The notes: generated by a model from the sequence alone, not told the origin. A stretch of DNA of 63,114 bases, filler included, from Octopus bimaculoides (GCF_001194135.2; 5 parts of 4 records of this genome joined end to end with filler, not necessarily neighbours in it), one strand, 5' to 3'; positions 39,505 to 53,044 are shown, counted from the first letter of the whole stretch. Made by a program: numbers and translations.

Positions 39505-40572
39505 GATCAGTTATGGTCTCACTTGGTTTGCCAGATCTTCTGAAGCACAGCATATCTCCAAAGGTCTCAGTCACTTGTCATTGCCTCTGTGAAGCCCACT
39601 GTTTGAAGGTCATGTTTCACCACCTCATCCCAGGTCTTCCTGGGTCTACCTCTTCCACAGGTTCCCTCAACTGCTAGGGTGTGACACTTTTTCACACACT
39701 TGTCATTTATTCGCAACACGACCATACCAGTGCAGTTGTCCCCCTTGCATACACATCGGATGTTTCTTATGTCCAACTTTTCTTTCAGGGCGCTTACACT
39801 CTGTCATGTATACACACTGACATTACACATCCAGCGGAGCATACTAGCTTCATTCCTTGCAAGCTTAAGCATGTCCTCAGCAGTCACAGCCCATGTAGCA
39901 TGGCTGTTTGTACACATGCATCATGCAGTCTACCTTTTACTCTGAGCGAGAGGCCCTTTGTCGCCAGCAGTGCTAGGAGCTCTCTGAACTCAGGCTATTC
40001 TTATTTTAGCAGCTACACTTTCAGTGCACCCTCCACTGTTACTGACTTGGTCACTTAGGTAACGGAAGCTATCAACTACTTCTAGTTTTTCTCCGTGGAA
40101 TGTGGCGGAAGTTGTTCTCTGCACATTTTCAGTGTTTATTGCTCCTGAGCATCTGCCACATACAAAAACTACCTTTCCATTTAGCCTTCCTTTGATATTG
40201 CTGCACCTCTTATGTGTCCATAGCTTACATTCGGTACATCTTATAGAGTTTCTACCTATGCCTTTTCTACAGATTGAGCAGGGCCATCTACCTGAAGGGA
40301 TTTGTGGTTTGTCTGCCTTCCTACTTATTAGGACTTTGGTTTTAGCTAGGTTGACTCTAAGGCCCTTTGATTCTAATCCTTGCTTCCACACCTGAAACTT
40401 TTCCTCTAGTTCTGATCGTGACTCAGCAAAGCAATTACAGCAAGGTCATCAGCATAGAGGAACTCCCAGGGACATCTAGTCTTGAATTCCTCTCTTATTG
40501 CCTGGATGACTATGATGAATAAGACGGGGCTGAGGACTGATCCTTGGTGGACCCCTACCCCTACTTGGAATG
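39505..40572 (-). mobile_element. RTE-clade LINE ORF2 fragment (RT C-terminal half, PHD finger, C-terminus), pseudogenised
   Basis: Translates GVHQGSVLSP...LYADD (YADD at 40456-40445), LRVNLAKTK, a C4HC3 finger at 40280-40149, and GRGRPRKTW; has frameshifts and stops. Confidence 0.93.
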
Positions 40573-42398
40573 TACACGTGTGTGTATATATATATATATG
40601 TATACGTATATATGTATATACTTATATATATATGTATATATATATATATANNNNNNNNNNNNNNNNNNNNNNNNNNNNNNNNNNNNNNNNNNNNNNNNNN
40701 NNNNNNNNNNNNNNNNNNNNNNNNNNNNNNNNNNNNNNNNNNNNNNNNNNTTTTTTGCTGAACTTTATAATTTATGTTTTTAGTGCTCGTTTCTAGCCAT
40801 TTTCAGTTTTTAAAATGTATGTTTCGATGTTTAGTTGGAAAACAATGTTAAAAGTTGGTATCTTGAGTTACCTATTAGATTTTTAATGAATTAAAAAAAA
40901 AAGTTAGTTATATTTTTTTTTCTAATTTTTTCAGTGTAAATTTTAGTTGTTATGGTCAATGTCTAGGATATTATGACACCCCTCCCATAAAAAAAAAAGG
41001 TTTACTATTTACCACAAATGAACATGAACAAACATTTATTTTCTGAGATAATTTGAGTGTTGAGGATGTAAGATCCTACTGATTATTGTGTGTATACACA
41101 CACATAAAGAAAGCTTTTAAACAAATAGTTGCTACGTTGATTTTTTTGCATCATATTTGATGACTTATAAGGTGGGCTCAATCTGTCACTTAAGAATACA
41201 AAGTCAGTATTTGATTTACTGGCACATGGTAGTTCAGATGCTACAATTCCTTGTAAAATGAAGTGCAAGCATCCCATTTACTTTTCAGAGTTACTAGTAA
41301 TTTTCTAAGGTAACAATGCATATCAATAGTACTTACATCATATAACATAACACCTGGTAAGAAAATTTAGTGATAACATCTGACCATATATGGAAGCAAA
41401 CTAGTAGCTAGTTGTGCCCAGAACTTGATTCCCTGTGCTACCAGTCCCACTCTTTCATTAGTTTGAAGCCAGCAGTCATTTAGAAAGTTATTTAATTTCA
41501 TATCATTTAGTGCTAACAGAATGTTAGTAACTTTATATTTCAAATTTCACTTGTCTCTTACCTGTAATTAGTTGTAACTTTGAAGCAAAAATTCCTCAAT
41601 CGATTTTTGTAATATATCAATAAATTTAAATGGTTTTATAGAATTTAAGTTTTATAATTATTTTAATGTTTGATTGAAATGTATAGAAGATATATTTTAG
41701 CTAGAAATGTAATAATAAAAAGTTAAGATTTTTATATAATTTGGGAGTTCAAACTACCAATAGCATTTAAACTGACTGTATCAGGACCCAAATATTCTAC
41801 CTGTTTCATGTTTAAACCTGCCAGACCCAGCATCTTACACCTATGCTACAATATCATTCTAAAAGTAAGCAAATCATATCAAAATCTTGAAGCTATAACA
41901 TAATGCATGATTAATTCAAAACAATGAATGAACAGGCATTACATTTGACAGTAATCTGAATGTTAATGGTTTAAATGACTGGATGGGTGGGGTAGGCTAT
42001 GACAGCCAGGTAAAAACATGGTTGAAATGTTTTTCAAAGAAGGGACTGCCAAAATTGAGGTGTGTCATATAAGGTCATGCATCTTATAAGCTGTCAAATA
42101 TGGTAATTATAATGCTACACACACTGTATTAAAACATAGATGTATATACTTCATGTGTGTTTGTGTATATTTGTATGAACATGTGTTTTATGTATGTCCC
42201 TTTGACTATTTTATCTCACGGAAGCAGCAAAAGTATCTAGAAATGTATGCAAGGTAAAGAAACAAGGAAATGTAAATCTTTAAAGTCAGATTTTCAAAGT
42301 TTCAGAACATTTCATAGAAAGGGTTTTCTCCCTGTTTTCTCATTTTGGCTGATAACCTTATATTTTTAACTAGGTTTGACAAATTTAAAAAAAGTCAT

Positions 42399-42498
42399 NN
42401 NNNNNNNNNNNNNNNNNNNNNNNNNNNNNNNNNNNNNNNNNNTTAATTAATTAANNNNNNNNNNNNNNNNNNNNNNNNNNNNNNNNNNNNNNNNNNNN
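42399..42498. other. Artificial join spacer
   Basis: N44-TTAATTAATTAA-N44. Confidence 0.95.
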
Positions 42499-42733
42499 GG
42501 CACATAAAAGACACCATTTCGAGCGTGGCCGTTTTCGTGCGGGTGACACGTAAAAGCACCCACTACACTCTCTGAGTGGTTGGCATTAGGAAGGGCATCC
42601 AGCTGTAGAAACTCTGCCAAATTAGACTGGAGCCTGGTGTTGCCATCCGGTTTCACCAGTCCTCAGTCAAATCGTCCAACCCATGCTAGCATGGAAAGCG
42701 GACGTTAAACGATGATGATGATGATGATGATGA
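42499..42733 (+). mobile_element. Young RTE LINE 3' end at a contig start
   Basis: CpG intact; ends gcatggaaagcggacgttaaac(gat)n. Confidence 0.9.
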
Positions 42734-43249
42734 TTCCACCCATAACCAATCTTTCTTGATAAAGTATCTAGAATTACTCTATTCAATGTCTGTCCTTTTT
42801 CAAGATGGTAGAATATAATTTGAATGAGATTTAGCAGCTATTACTAGCAGATCAAGTGAACACTTGTCAGATTGTGTTTTTGGTTCATATGTAAGTATAT
42901 CAGTTACAATGTACATCTCACAACCCTTCGACCATGAAGTTAACAACCTATTATCCTGGGTTATTTTTCTTACAATGAAATATTCCTAAATATTTCTCTT
43001 TATTTAACGTAATTAGATCATGAAGAGGTTAGAGAGCAGCAATCCTTTGAGCTTCATGTAAAGCTTCAAAACATCCACTAAAGATTTTTATTTCTTCCTT
43101 TCTGCTTCAAAATAAATTACAGTTGCTCTTTATACATTTGTTTTAATTAGGTTATTTTTAATGTAAATTATTAGACTACTAGAAAATATTTCAGATCTGT
43201 GAACTGAAATTAGACTTGGTTTAGGTTTCATTAGTAATAACAAAATTAA

Positions 43250-43590
43250 GGTTAGTGGTTTAATAGCATGATTAGAGGACCAAAAAATTCTTTGCAGTAT
43301 TCATTTCAGCTATTTACATTCTGAGTTCAAATCCTGCCAAAGTCAAGTTTGTTTTTCATCTTTTCTAGTTAATAAGTCCTGGCACCAATGATGTTAACTA
43401 ATACCCTTCTCTTAAATTTTTTGGTTTTGCTCCTAAGTTAAAAACAAAGCCAAAAATTGTTTTTCTAAGTTAGAAACAATTATTAATAGAAAACTTAGGA
43501 TGGTAGATTGGTAGAATCGTTAAAGCATTGAATAAAATTACTTGCAGTATTTGTTCCAGCTCTTTACATTTTTATTTCAAATTACACTGT
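43250..43590 (+). mobile_element. Degenerate SINE B copy plus a second head fragment
   Basis: tacattctgagttcaaatcctgcc; ggtagattggtagaatcgttaaagc. Confidence 0.6.
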
Positions 43591-45552
43591 GGCCATTATC
43601 TGGCACCTCTCAATTGCAAACATTCAGGCTAGGTCTCTGGTTTGAGAATACTTCCCACTCATTTGTCCCAGAGGCTTTGAGAAGGGTTATGTAAACTGCC
43701 CTCCTTCCTGAATTAGTGATAATAAAAAAAGTACTGTTGTCCTTTTTAAGTTTTTTGATGTCTTAGTGTAGGGCAGTGTCCACAACCTTCCATAATTGGT
43801 GAGGGAAGGAGAAACCTTAGATTATACATCATTGCAAGCATTTGGACCAATACTGTGATCTACCTAATGGCAATTGAGGGCCAGATGATATTAAACCAAG
43901 ATGTTTTAAGTCTCACTCCCAATTATATTGTCATACATACTTCTCCCTCAAAATTCACAGCCATCTTACCAATGTTCAGAAAGCATTATTTAAAGGAAAT
44001 TTTTTTCACACAAAACCTTATTTAAAGAGTATTTTTGTGATTTATACAGCACTTCAAAAGTTGTTTAAAATATAAAGGTTTAACAGAAATGAATATGTCT
44101 GTTAGTGTTTCATCTATATTCATATAGGTTAGTCTGATTTCTCAGAAACAATGGTGTAACCATCAAATATGTCTATCTCTTTCAGTAGCTGGAAACACTT
44201 ATATTTAGCTGTAGACTATAGTTATTTATGCTTCAAAGCAGTTTACTAGTTTACTTACTCATTGTTTAGTTGATATTTTACTTGTGTGTTCTGATTTTCT
44301 ATGGACATACTACTCTAGATTTTGAGTTCCATTACATTTGTTCCTATTATATTTTGGATGGATATGATAGGCATTAGGGAGGAACATTTGGTTATATAAT
44401 GAGCACCTGAAACAACCATAGGGAATTTTCTTTGGTGCTGTCTGCACCAAAGAAGATACTCTGTCTTTATATATGTATAGATTAAATAGGACAACTAATA
44501 TAATATACTACATGCTACTCTTCCTACTTGGTGAAGTGTGTATTAGAGTAGATAAATGCTGCATATTGTTGTCTTTTATGATTTGCCTTTGCAGTCTGAT
44601 TTCAGGGAAACAAAAATAATGAACAGCTAAATTACATGAGTGCAGACTTTACCATCCAATAGCATTTTACATTCAGAAGAATTAAATTCTGATTGAAAAG
44701 ACCAAATATACTACTAGTCTCTCCTTTGAATTATATATATAAGAAAAAAAAAAGAAAAAAAACAGGAGTCTAATCAGGTTGTATAAGCTTTTCTAAAAGA
44801 ATCATTGCCCAAATTGAGGATCTAGCTTTATGCAGTGCTAGATTTAATGAAGTTGCTGACCTCACCGCTAGGGACCAATGATAAAAGTGGATTGGCCAGC
44901 ATTTAGTGCACAACATTTCTTATGTTATATACTGTTCCTTATCAAAACTAAAGGTGTTGTTGAAGAAATAGTGATAAGCAGAATTAGAATATCTAGAGGG
45001 AAATAACCATTTCATTGGTTGCCTATTTTCCATAGGTTTGCATAAGTGGAGTTTACTAGACTACACAATGCAGAGAAATGAAATTATAAGTTTCTTTTAT
45101 ACATTGTGTAATCTAGTATGGCTACCTGTTCTGCATGTCTAATGTTACATTTTAGAATTAGCTGATCTGTGAAGATTGTAGCAAAAAAACTTGGAATACA
45201 TACATTCCTTGACAGCAGAGTAGTATAACAGATCTTTTGTTCTTCTCATTTGAAATGTCTTAAAAAGGGCATGGCAGTATATTTGATGTTACCTTTCATA
45301 TATAAACATGATAGGTTAGTTTTAGCTTACCTGGCTGTCCATTGTTCTCGCAGTTCTACTTTTTACTGAGAACACAAGTGGTTAATTTGAAAGCAGTAAG
45401 AGTTAAATTAACTTGATCTTTTCAATTCTACTGTTCTAGATTGGTCAATGTATGAAATTACATAAAAACAAACACAATAAAACTTAGCATAGACTACAGA
45501 CAAAAATGACTTCTGTTGATAAATAATAACTTCTGAGGACTTTGGTGTATAT

Positions 45553-47897
45553 TAAAGGAGTTTCCCAAACTACAACAGTAAATTATATCAACATTTTGGT
45601 TTTAATTTTTTTGTATTTTACTTATACATAGAACAAAATTATTTTTTATCAAGAAATGATACTCTTTTTTCTAAAAATCTGAAGCCTTATACTTACACAG
45701 CAAATATAATTCATGCTTGGCTCATGATAAAGTCAGTGTCTGGTTGTGAAAAGAAATTCATGCACTATTTCAAAAGGTATAAAGTAGACAAGTTAATCCA
45801 CACATTGTGTATACCATATTTACCCTAAATTAGATGTCAGTCTTTTAAATGATATTCTGAGATGTAAACTTCAAATAATTAAATATTATATAATGCATTT
45901 ACTATGAAAGACAAACCTATAATTTCACTGAGGTTTTTTAGTAGATGCAAACTTCCTTTTTGGCTCTAAATTTGTGAGACATTGAAGAACAAAAATCATT
46001 TTACAACACAACAGTAATAATTTACAAAACCTTTTAAAGCAAGACTGGAGAGTTTTTTTTTTTTTTGTTTAGTATCAGGGGAAAATCTGATGCAGAAAAT
46101 TGTGTGGGTTTCATAGCTAACAAAAAAATACTAAAGGAGTTTCTCAAACTACAACAGTAAATTGTATCAACATTTTAGTTTTATTTTCTATAAAGAAATA
46201 ATAATCTCTTCTCTCTAAAAATCTGCAGCCTTATACTTATGCAGCAAATATAGTTCATGCTTCACTCATGTTAACTGAAATATTTGCTCATGGTGATACA
46301 TATTCATCTAATTGTTCTTGTTGATAACACTGAACTGAAACCTATTATAATACTGACATAAAACCTTGTCTTTATTGTTGCTACACTATATACTTTAACT
46401 ATATTAACATGATTTACCAGACAAACAAAAAAAAAAAAGCAATTATTCTTATGTTAACAAAAAAAAATCTGTATATACAAAAACTGGAGACTTTACATCA
46501 ATATTCCAGAATGTTGTAGATATTTATTTGATTGTATGGTTTTGGAACATTGCATGTGGGAATTTGAGAAGTAAATTTCATAATTATAAAATATACTTAT
46601 CACAGCTTAAAACTTTCTTCAGTCATTTGACTTTTACTCAGCATTTAGTGTTGCTTATACAGAAACTTAGCTCATTACAACTGTTGTAGCATTGATACTT
46701 GATTTATAAATTCTGAGAAACAAATCTTTTGGTAACCATACTTTTGTAGTGTGTGTCCTATGAAAATTAACATACAGTATACAAAGTACAAAATTAATAT
46801 CTCATGAAACAGTTGACTTTGACATTTCTCAGCTAAGTTTGCTGGTGCCAAATAGTACTGGGAGACCAAAATAATTGCAGCCTGGATAAACTGGCATTAA
46901 TGATTATGGTAGGAGCAAAGTCACTAATAATGTATATATCTTTAGAAGTAAACATATTTCTTGCTAATTAGTTAATTTGCACAATAGGTATGGGTGTGAG
47001 GTTAAAGAGCTCACTTTTCAATCACATAGTTTTGGGCTTAGTTCCACTGCATTGCAATCACTTTGGGCAATCATCTACTATAGCTCCAGATCAACCAATG
47101 CTTTGTGAATGAATTTGGTTGATAGGAAATCATGTGGAAGCTTGTCATGTCTATATGTATGTCTTTGTGTTTGTCAATCTGCCATGACTTGATAACCAAT
47201 GCTGGTTTGTTTATGTCCCTATAACTTAATGGTTCAGCAAACGAGGCCAATAGAATATGTACCAGACTTTAAAAATAGGTGCTGGTTTTGTCTTGTTCCC
47301 CTAAACCTTTCAGGTTGGTACCTCATCTTAGTCACCAGCAGAGACTGAACATTTCTCTGACCTTAGTGAGTAAGGTATATGTATAACCAAGAGAGATTCA
47401 GTTGATTAATTTCTGTGTTGAAGTCATGAACCTATACTGTCTTTATTAATGTGTTGCATTGTAAAATAAAGTGTTATTAGAATCTTAAGATAATCTTTTG
47501 ACAAAGTCAGTATCTGGTTGTGAAAAGGAATTCATGCACTATTTCAAAAAGTATAAAGTAAGTAGACAAGTTAATTCACGCATCATATATACCATATTTG
47601 CCCCAAATTAGATGTCAGTCTTTTAAATGAAATTTTCAGATGTAAACTGCAATAATTAAATATTATATAATGCATTTACTATGTAAGACAAACCTATAAT
47701 TTCACTGAGGTTTTTTAGTAGATGCAAGCTTCCTATTTGGCTCTAAATTTGTGAGACATTGAAGAACAAAAATCATTTTACAATACAACAGTAATAATCT
47801 TCAAAACCTTTTAAAGCAAGACTAGAGAATATTTTTTTGTTTAGTATTAGAGGAAAATCTGATGCAGAAAATCTTGTGGGTTTCTTAGCTAACAAAG
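45553..47897 (+). repeat. 579-bp tandem duplication whose second unit is split by a ~1.2-kb insertion
   Basis: Segment A at 45553 and 46132; segment B at 45729-46125 and 47502-47897. Confidence 0.85.
46988..47325 (+). mobile_element. SINE A, old and CpG-decayed
   Basis: Colinear with the 38304 copy; very short internal microsatellite. Confidence 0.75.
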
Positions 47898-47990
47898 AAA
47901 GAATTTTTTTTAATGCAAATTCTTACGTATGCATTTTATATTAAATAATTATTTTGATCTAATAATACTTAAACTTTTGTCTTTCTGCAG

Positions 47991-48076
47991 ATGAATTTTT
48001 AGAGTTTGTATTCAGGCAGTTTCAAATCTGGATACAGACAAAATTTCTCTGCCGTTTTAACAATAAAACAAAATGA
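47991..48076 (+). CDS. Candidate terminal p38 exon: (N)EFLEFVFRQFQIWIQTKFLCRFNNKTK*
   Basis: Strong acceptor ttttgtctttctgcag; phase 1 fits exon 11; EFLEFV loosely resembles EVISFV but is about 4 residues short; lies across an artificial join. Confidence 0.2.
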
Positions 48077-49087
48077 AATTTCAGCTACTAACTAGAATTT
48101 AACTGATTTCTGTTTGTCCTTGACATTCACTACATTGGTGTATAAGTATTGAAATGTAGTTATGTTTTGTATGGAAAAACAAAAATGTTAGAAACACGTT
48201 ATTTATTGATATAACATCTATATTCTATCTTTTATGTAAGTACACCAAATCAAACACAGTGTAATTCAAACATGCATTTAAAATGCATGAAACCTATTAC
48301 AGAATGAAATCAAACAAATATATAGTCAATGAGCTATGTGAATTGCTAAAAAATTGTGGTTGCTCACAATGGTAACAGAGGCATTTGGCACTAATCACAA
48401 ATCTTAGACACCCAAATAAATACTGGGAGTACAACAGATAAAATGCCAAAAGCTTTCAGTCACCTAAGTACAAGTTCTGTAGGTTAGATGATCTGTCTTT
48501 GCTTCTCTACAGATATGAATCTTGGAGTGAAAAAAAAAAATAAAAGCATTTGAACTTTAATACTTGATGCTTGCATAAAATTATCCATATTAAATAGGGT
48601 GACTTAATCACAAATTCAGAATCACATTTAGGTTTGATCAGCCATTATTATTATCAAACACCACATCTATGTTGACCAAGTTATCACATAACTTAAAACT
48701 TTTCCGGACAGTATATTTGTCTTATAGTCAAATAAAGTACTTCTGTTGTTAAAACCTTTCATTCAAATTTAATCTAGAATGTCATTTGTGAAAAAAAGGA
48801 CAGCTGTGTAACCAACTAGTGGTTTGTGAGAATGAATAAACAACACCATATGTGTAATTACATATTGTTGATGGCTGGATGATAACTAGAGCTACCTAAG
48901 ATCAGTCAATAAAAATCTTGCAGTACTCTATTAGCTGATAGAAGTTTAGAGAAAAACAATTAGAGTGAGTTGATTTGCTATGATGAACGAAAAAATTTGA
49001 CATTTCAGCTGCTTGTCATTCCTCAGGAGAGAGAGTAAATAGAAGTTAAATCCAAACAGTGAATGGCAAAAGAAAGAGGTGTTAGAG

Positions 49088-49210
49088 CAGGCATGGGCAA
49101 CCTTTTCCAAGTGGCAACCTGCGTGAGATATGGCTCCTCATCAGGTAGGCTGCAATACTAAAAGAAAGTGAAGATAATTTTTCATGTGGGTTAAAGGTTG
49201 CCTATGACTG
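49088..49210. mobile_element. hAT (Charlie/Buster-type) MITE, 123 bp
   Basis: TIRs CAGGCATGGGCAACCT / AGGTTGCCTATGACTG; 8-bp TSD tgttagag/tgctagag with central TA. Confidence 0.8.
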
Positions 49211-49671
49211 TGCTAGAGTAATATGATAGGGTTAGTGTAGGGAGAGGAGGGAAAAGTTAGTGTGAGTAGTGTGAAAGGAAATAAAGCAATGGGAGGGTAA
49301 AAGTTAATAGCAAGTGGTGAAATCTATGAAATATAAACAGGTTGGTGAGGGCCAGGTCAAGTGAATATAATGTTGAGTGAGAAGACATAAGTGAGCAAGG
49401 CAAAGGACAAAAGACGACTGCAGAATAAAACTCGACTACACACAGTCAAAAAAGAGGGAAAATAAGTATTACAACGATGAATATTGAGGTGTGCTGACTG
49501 ACAATTTGAAAAAAGAAAAACAAAAAAAAAAGATATTTGAAAAGGGTAACAAATGAGTGGAAACATGAAAGAAGAAGGAAATGCAGAGGGTAAGAATAAT
49601 ACAAACTTTGTTCTCTGTTCTATTTTTATTAGCTGCAAGAAGTGAAATGCTGTGGCATGTACAGTCATCGC

Positions 49672-50035
49672 CGCCGCTGCCGTCGTCGTCGTCGTCGTTG
49701 TTGTTTAACGTCCGCTTTCCATGCTAGCATGAGTTGGACGATTTGACTGAGCACTGGTGAAACCAGATGGCTACACCAGGCTCCAATCTGATTTGGCAGA
49801 GTTTCTACAGCTGGATGCCCTTCCTAACGCCAACCACTCAGAGAGTGTAGTGGGTGCTTTTACATGTCACCCACATGAAGGCCAGTCAGGCGGCACTGGC
49901 AATGAACTCACTCGAAAAATTTCATGTGTCACCCGCACAAGAGCCAGTCCAGGGGCACTGGCAACGATCTCGCTCGAAAAAGACCTCATGTGTCACCCGC
50001 ACAAGAGCCAGCCCAGGGGCACCGGCAACGATCTC
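49672..50035 (-). mobile_element. Young RTE LINE 3' end with a 60-64-bp VNTR at a contig end
   Basis: Near-identical reverse complement of the 42499 copy; repeat units start at 49863, 49923 and 49987. Confidence 0.9.
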
Positions 50036-50135
50036 NNNNNNNNNNNNNNNNNNNNNNNNNNNNNNNNNNNNNNNNNNNNTTAATTAATTAANNNNNNNNN
50101 NNNNNNNNNNNNNNNNNNNNNNNNNNNNNNNNNNN
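50036..50135. other. Artificial join spacer
   Basis: N44-TTAATTAATTAA-N44. Confidence 0.95.
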
Positions 50136-50274
50136 GTGGAAATCCACAGGAGAGCAATAAAAATAGAAAATTAAGGAGTTATCTCCCCTATAATAACAAA
50201 GACGAAAGCTAACGATGTCCTAAAGACCTAATAATAGTTATGTATGTGTTTTTTCGTGTTTTGTTCGAAAGGTA

Positions 50275-50360
50275 ACCACTCCTGAAGAAGTGCCAAACGT
50301 CTAAACCCAATGGACCAGCCACTGGATAAGTTTGGCACAGAAATGTTAACATAGAGTGGT
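50275..50360 (+). ncRNA. Type I hammerhead ribozyme motif with palindromic helix III
   Basis: Helix I ACCACTC/GAGTGGT; core CTGAAGA 50282-50288; helix II GTGCCAAAC/GTTTGGCAC; GAAA 50340-50343; helix III ATGTTAACAT; AUA triplet ending at 50353; AATAAA at 50362. Confidence 0.75.
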
Positions 50361-51209
50361 GAATAAATCGATATATCGAATTTGAAGTCTCTGTCTCTTT
50401 TGAATATGAAAATTTAAAAGTTTAAAAACCTTATGATATAAATATAAACTGTGAGAACGACCCTTAAGGAATCTAATTAATGATCTCCTAAGGTAAGTTC
50501 TTATGCTATATTGGTAACGGTTGCTACATCCTCTGGGAAAATTATTATATATATATACATACATACATACATACATATATATATATGGGTGATTACACGT
50601 GGTTGAATATATACGGAAAGAAATGAGATGAAAAAAACACAGATTTGTTTTAAAATACTAAGGAATATCTTAGAATCATAATAGTAAAAGTATTATACAA
50701 TACTGTACAAAATAAGAGCTGTATCCGATAAATTGCGAGCAGAGGAGCACCTTCAAGCAACGGGACCAGTAGACCAGTCTTGGTCTCGAGTTATTTCTGC
50801 CACTCTTCGATACTGGACATCTCGCCTGCATCGTTAACCAGCTAGAAGAGATGTACTCATGGGGTTAAAAGATTGAAGCAGAGTCCGTTCGAACGGACAG
50901 CCATGTTGAAGTGGTGAGGAATATAACTTGTCAGTACAACTAATGTTGATTGCGCGCGCGTGTGTGTGTGTGTAAGGTTATTGTTGGTTCGAATTCGAGC
51001 GTAACAACTTTTTTTAGGTTTGAGAACATTTCTACTAATTAGAGAGCCTTGATTTTGTTTTTAAATTTTTGTGAGAAATGTTGCACATAATTTAGTTAAA
51101 AATACACCAGCATCTATTCTATATTTACGCATTTGTCTAAAATTGATTTCCAGCCCAATAACAGATGGCAGCATTTCTTCCTGGTACTTTTTTTTTTCCA
51201 TATACCTCA

Positions 51210-51392
51210 GAAAGGTGTTGACATGAATGAATCGTTAGAATGTCGAGAAAATGTTTTATATGCTGTTTCTTTCCATTCTGAGTTCGAATCCCACCGGAGT
51301 TCACTTTACCTTTCACTCTTTAGACATCGATCGAATAAAGTACCAGTCAAGTACTTAAGTCGATGATATCGACTAACGCCCTCGTTTCTAAA
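51210..51392 (+). mobile_element. SINE B, degenerate
   Basis: gaatcgttag...ttctgagttcgaatcc...aataagtaccagtc...atcgact. Confidence 0.7.
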
Positions 51393-51797
51393 GAGATGGT
51401 CTGTAGTTTTTTGGTGTGTTGTAAGCATTTGTCGCGTAAGGACCAAAGCTCTACGATTTAACAATTGCAAATCGGCTCTATTTTCTTTATATTTGGTTAC
51501 TGTTATTGCACAAAAGCTCTTTATGATATTAAGTATTTTCCACATACATATGTGTATCTCGTCTATGTGTTTTGTGAAACAGTTTTCAAAATTTATGGCC
51601 ACTCGGAATATGTTTTCCATTTGGGGAATAGAAATGGATATTACACCAATATTGTACTGTGGGTTACATCATTTAATATCAATTCTTCTAATACTTTTAG
51701 AGTGATTCGTAGATGACGTCGGTGACTACTTTAGTTTTTTGTTTTTTTATATATATTAATGCAGTTAATATAGTTGTAATGCTGTGATTTTGAAGGA

Positions 51798-52204
51798 TAC
51801 TCTTTTACTCTTTTACTTGTTTCAGTCATTTGACTGCGGCCATGCTGGAGTACCGCCTTTAGCCGAGAAAATCGACCCCAGGACTTATTCTTTGTAAGCC
51901 TAGTACTTATTCTATCGGTCTCTTTAAGCTGAGCCGCTAAGTTACGGGGACGTAAACACACTAGCATCGGTTGTCAAGAGATGGTGGGGAGACAAACACA
52001 GACACACAAACACACATACATATATACATATATATACATATATACGACGGGCTTCTTTCAGTTTCCGTCTACCAAATCCACTCACAAGGCTTTGGTCGGC
52101 CCGAGGCTATAGTAGAAGACACTTGCCCAAGGTGCTACGCAGTTGGATTGAACCCGGAACCATGTGGTTGGTAAGCAAGCTACTTACCACACAGGCAATC
52201 CTAT
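51798..52204 (-). mobile_element. SINE A, full length
   Basis: Reverse-complement homologue of the 38304 copy. Confidence 0.92.
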
Positions 52205-53044
52205 GATACATGGTGAGCTATTGCTTGATGATGTTCGATAAGTGACTAGTGGAGTAGTAAGAAAATAGAAGAGAAATCTATCACAAGAAAGAGATAGGAG
52301 GAGATAGGATATTGACTATGAAACAGTTGAGCTAAACCGGATAAATTCTAAATGTTATGAGAAACGTGATTAGTTTCAGTATTTCCAAAGAATCAGCTTT
52401 CACAGATGCTTCAAAACGATGCGCTGGAACAAAGCTTAACATAACACCTCACCACCCCACAAAAATATAATCAGTTCATTACTGGGTTCAATTCTCCATA
52501 GTGCCAATGAATTTCAACACTTTTAGTGAAAATCTTAATTCTCAACACCATAATGCCACAAATATTTTTAACAAACATTATATAGAAGTTTCTTATTCTA
52601 CTAAATCTAACCTTTTCTATAAATCATCAAGCATGAACAGCATCAAACTTGACATTTCCTTCTCATCCTAACGTCCACAAACCTGCGATTATATTCACTT
52701 CAATGAACGTCCTCTCTGTCGTAAACGCAATGTTAAATAACTTCATTGTTACGTAACGGATGCAACTAACACAGTGTCTAGATTATACATCACATTAACT
52801 TCTAATTTTTTTCAAATAACACATTTAACACCAGTATTCTTTTCATAATAAATACAGAATCGCCGAAACTACTTTGTCTTGATTTATCTGGACTCTTGAA
52901 TCTTATGATATAATGTTATCGTATAATAATAACTTGATGTCGCAGTAATAATGAATCGTCGTGGAAACAATTTGATGTCATAGTATAACATACTATGACA
53001 TCAAGCAGAGAATAACAAGTTTTGCCAAATCTTATTCTCATTGT

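Noticed and set aside
50883-50898. Perfect 16-bp palindrome GTCCGTTCGAACGGAC
   Set aside because: About one such palindrome is expected by chance in 63 kb (63000/4^8); no supporting context
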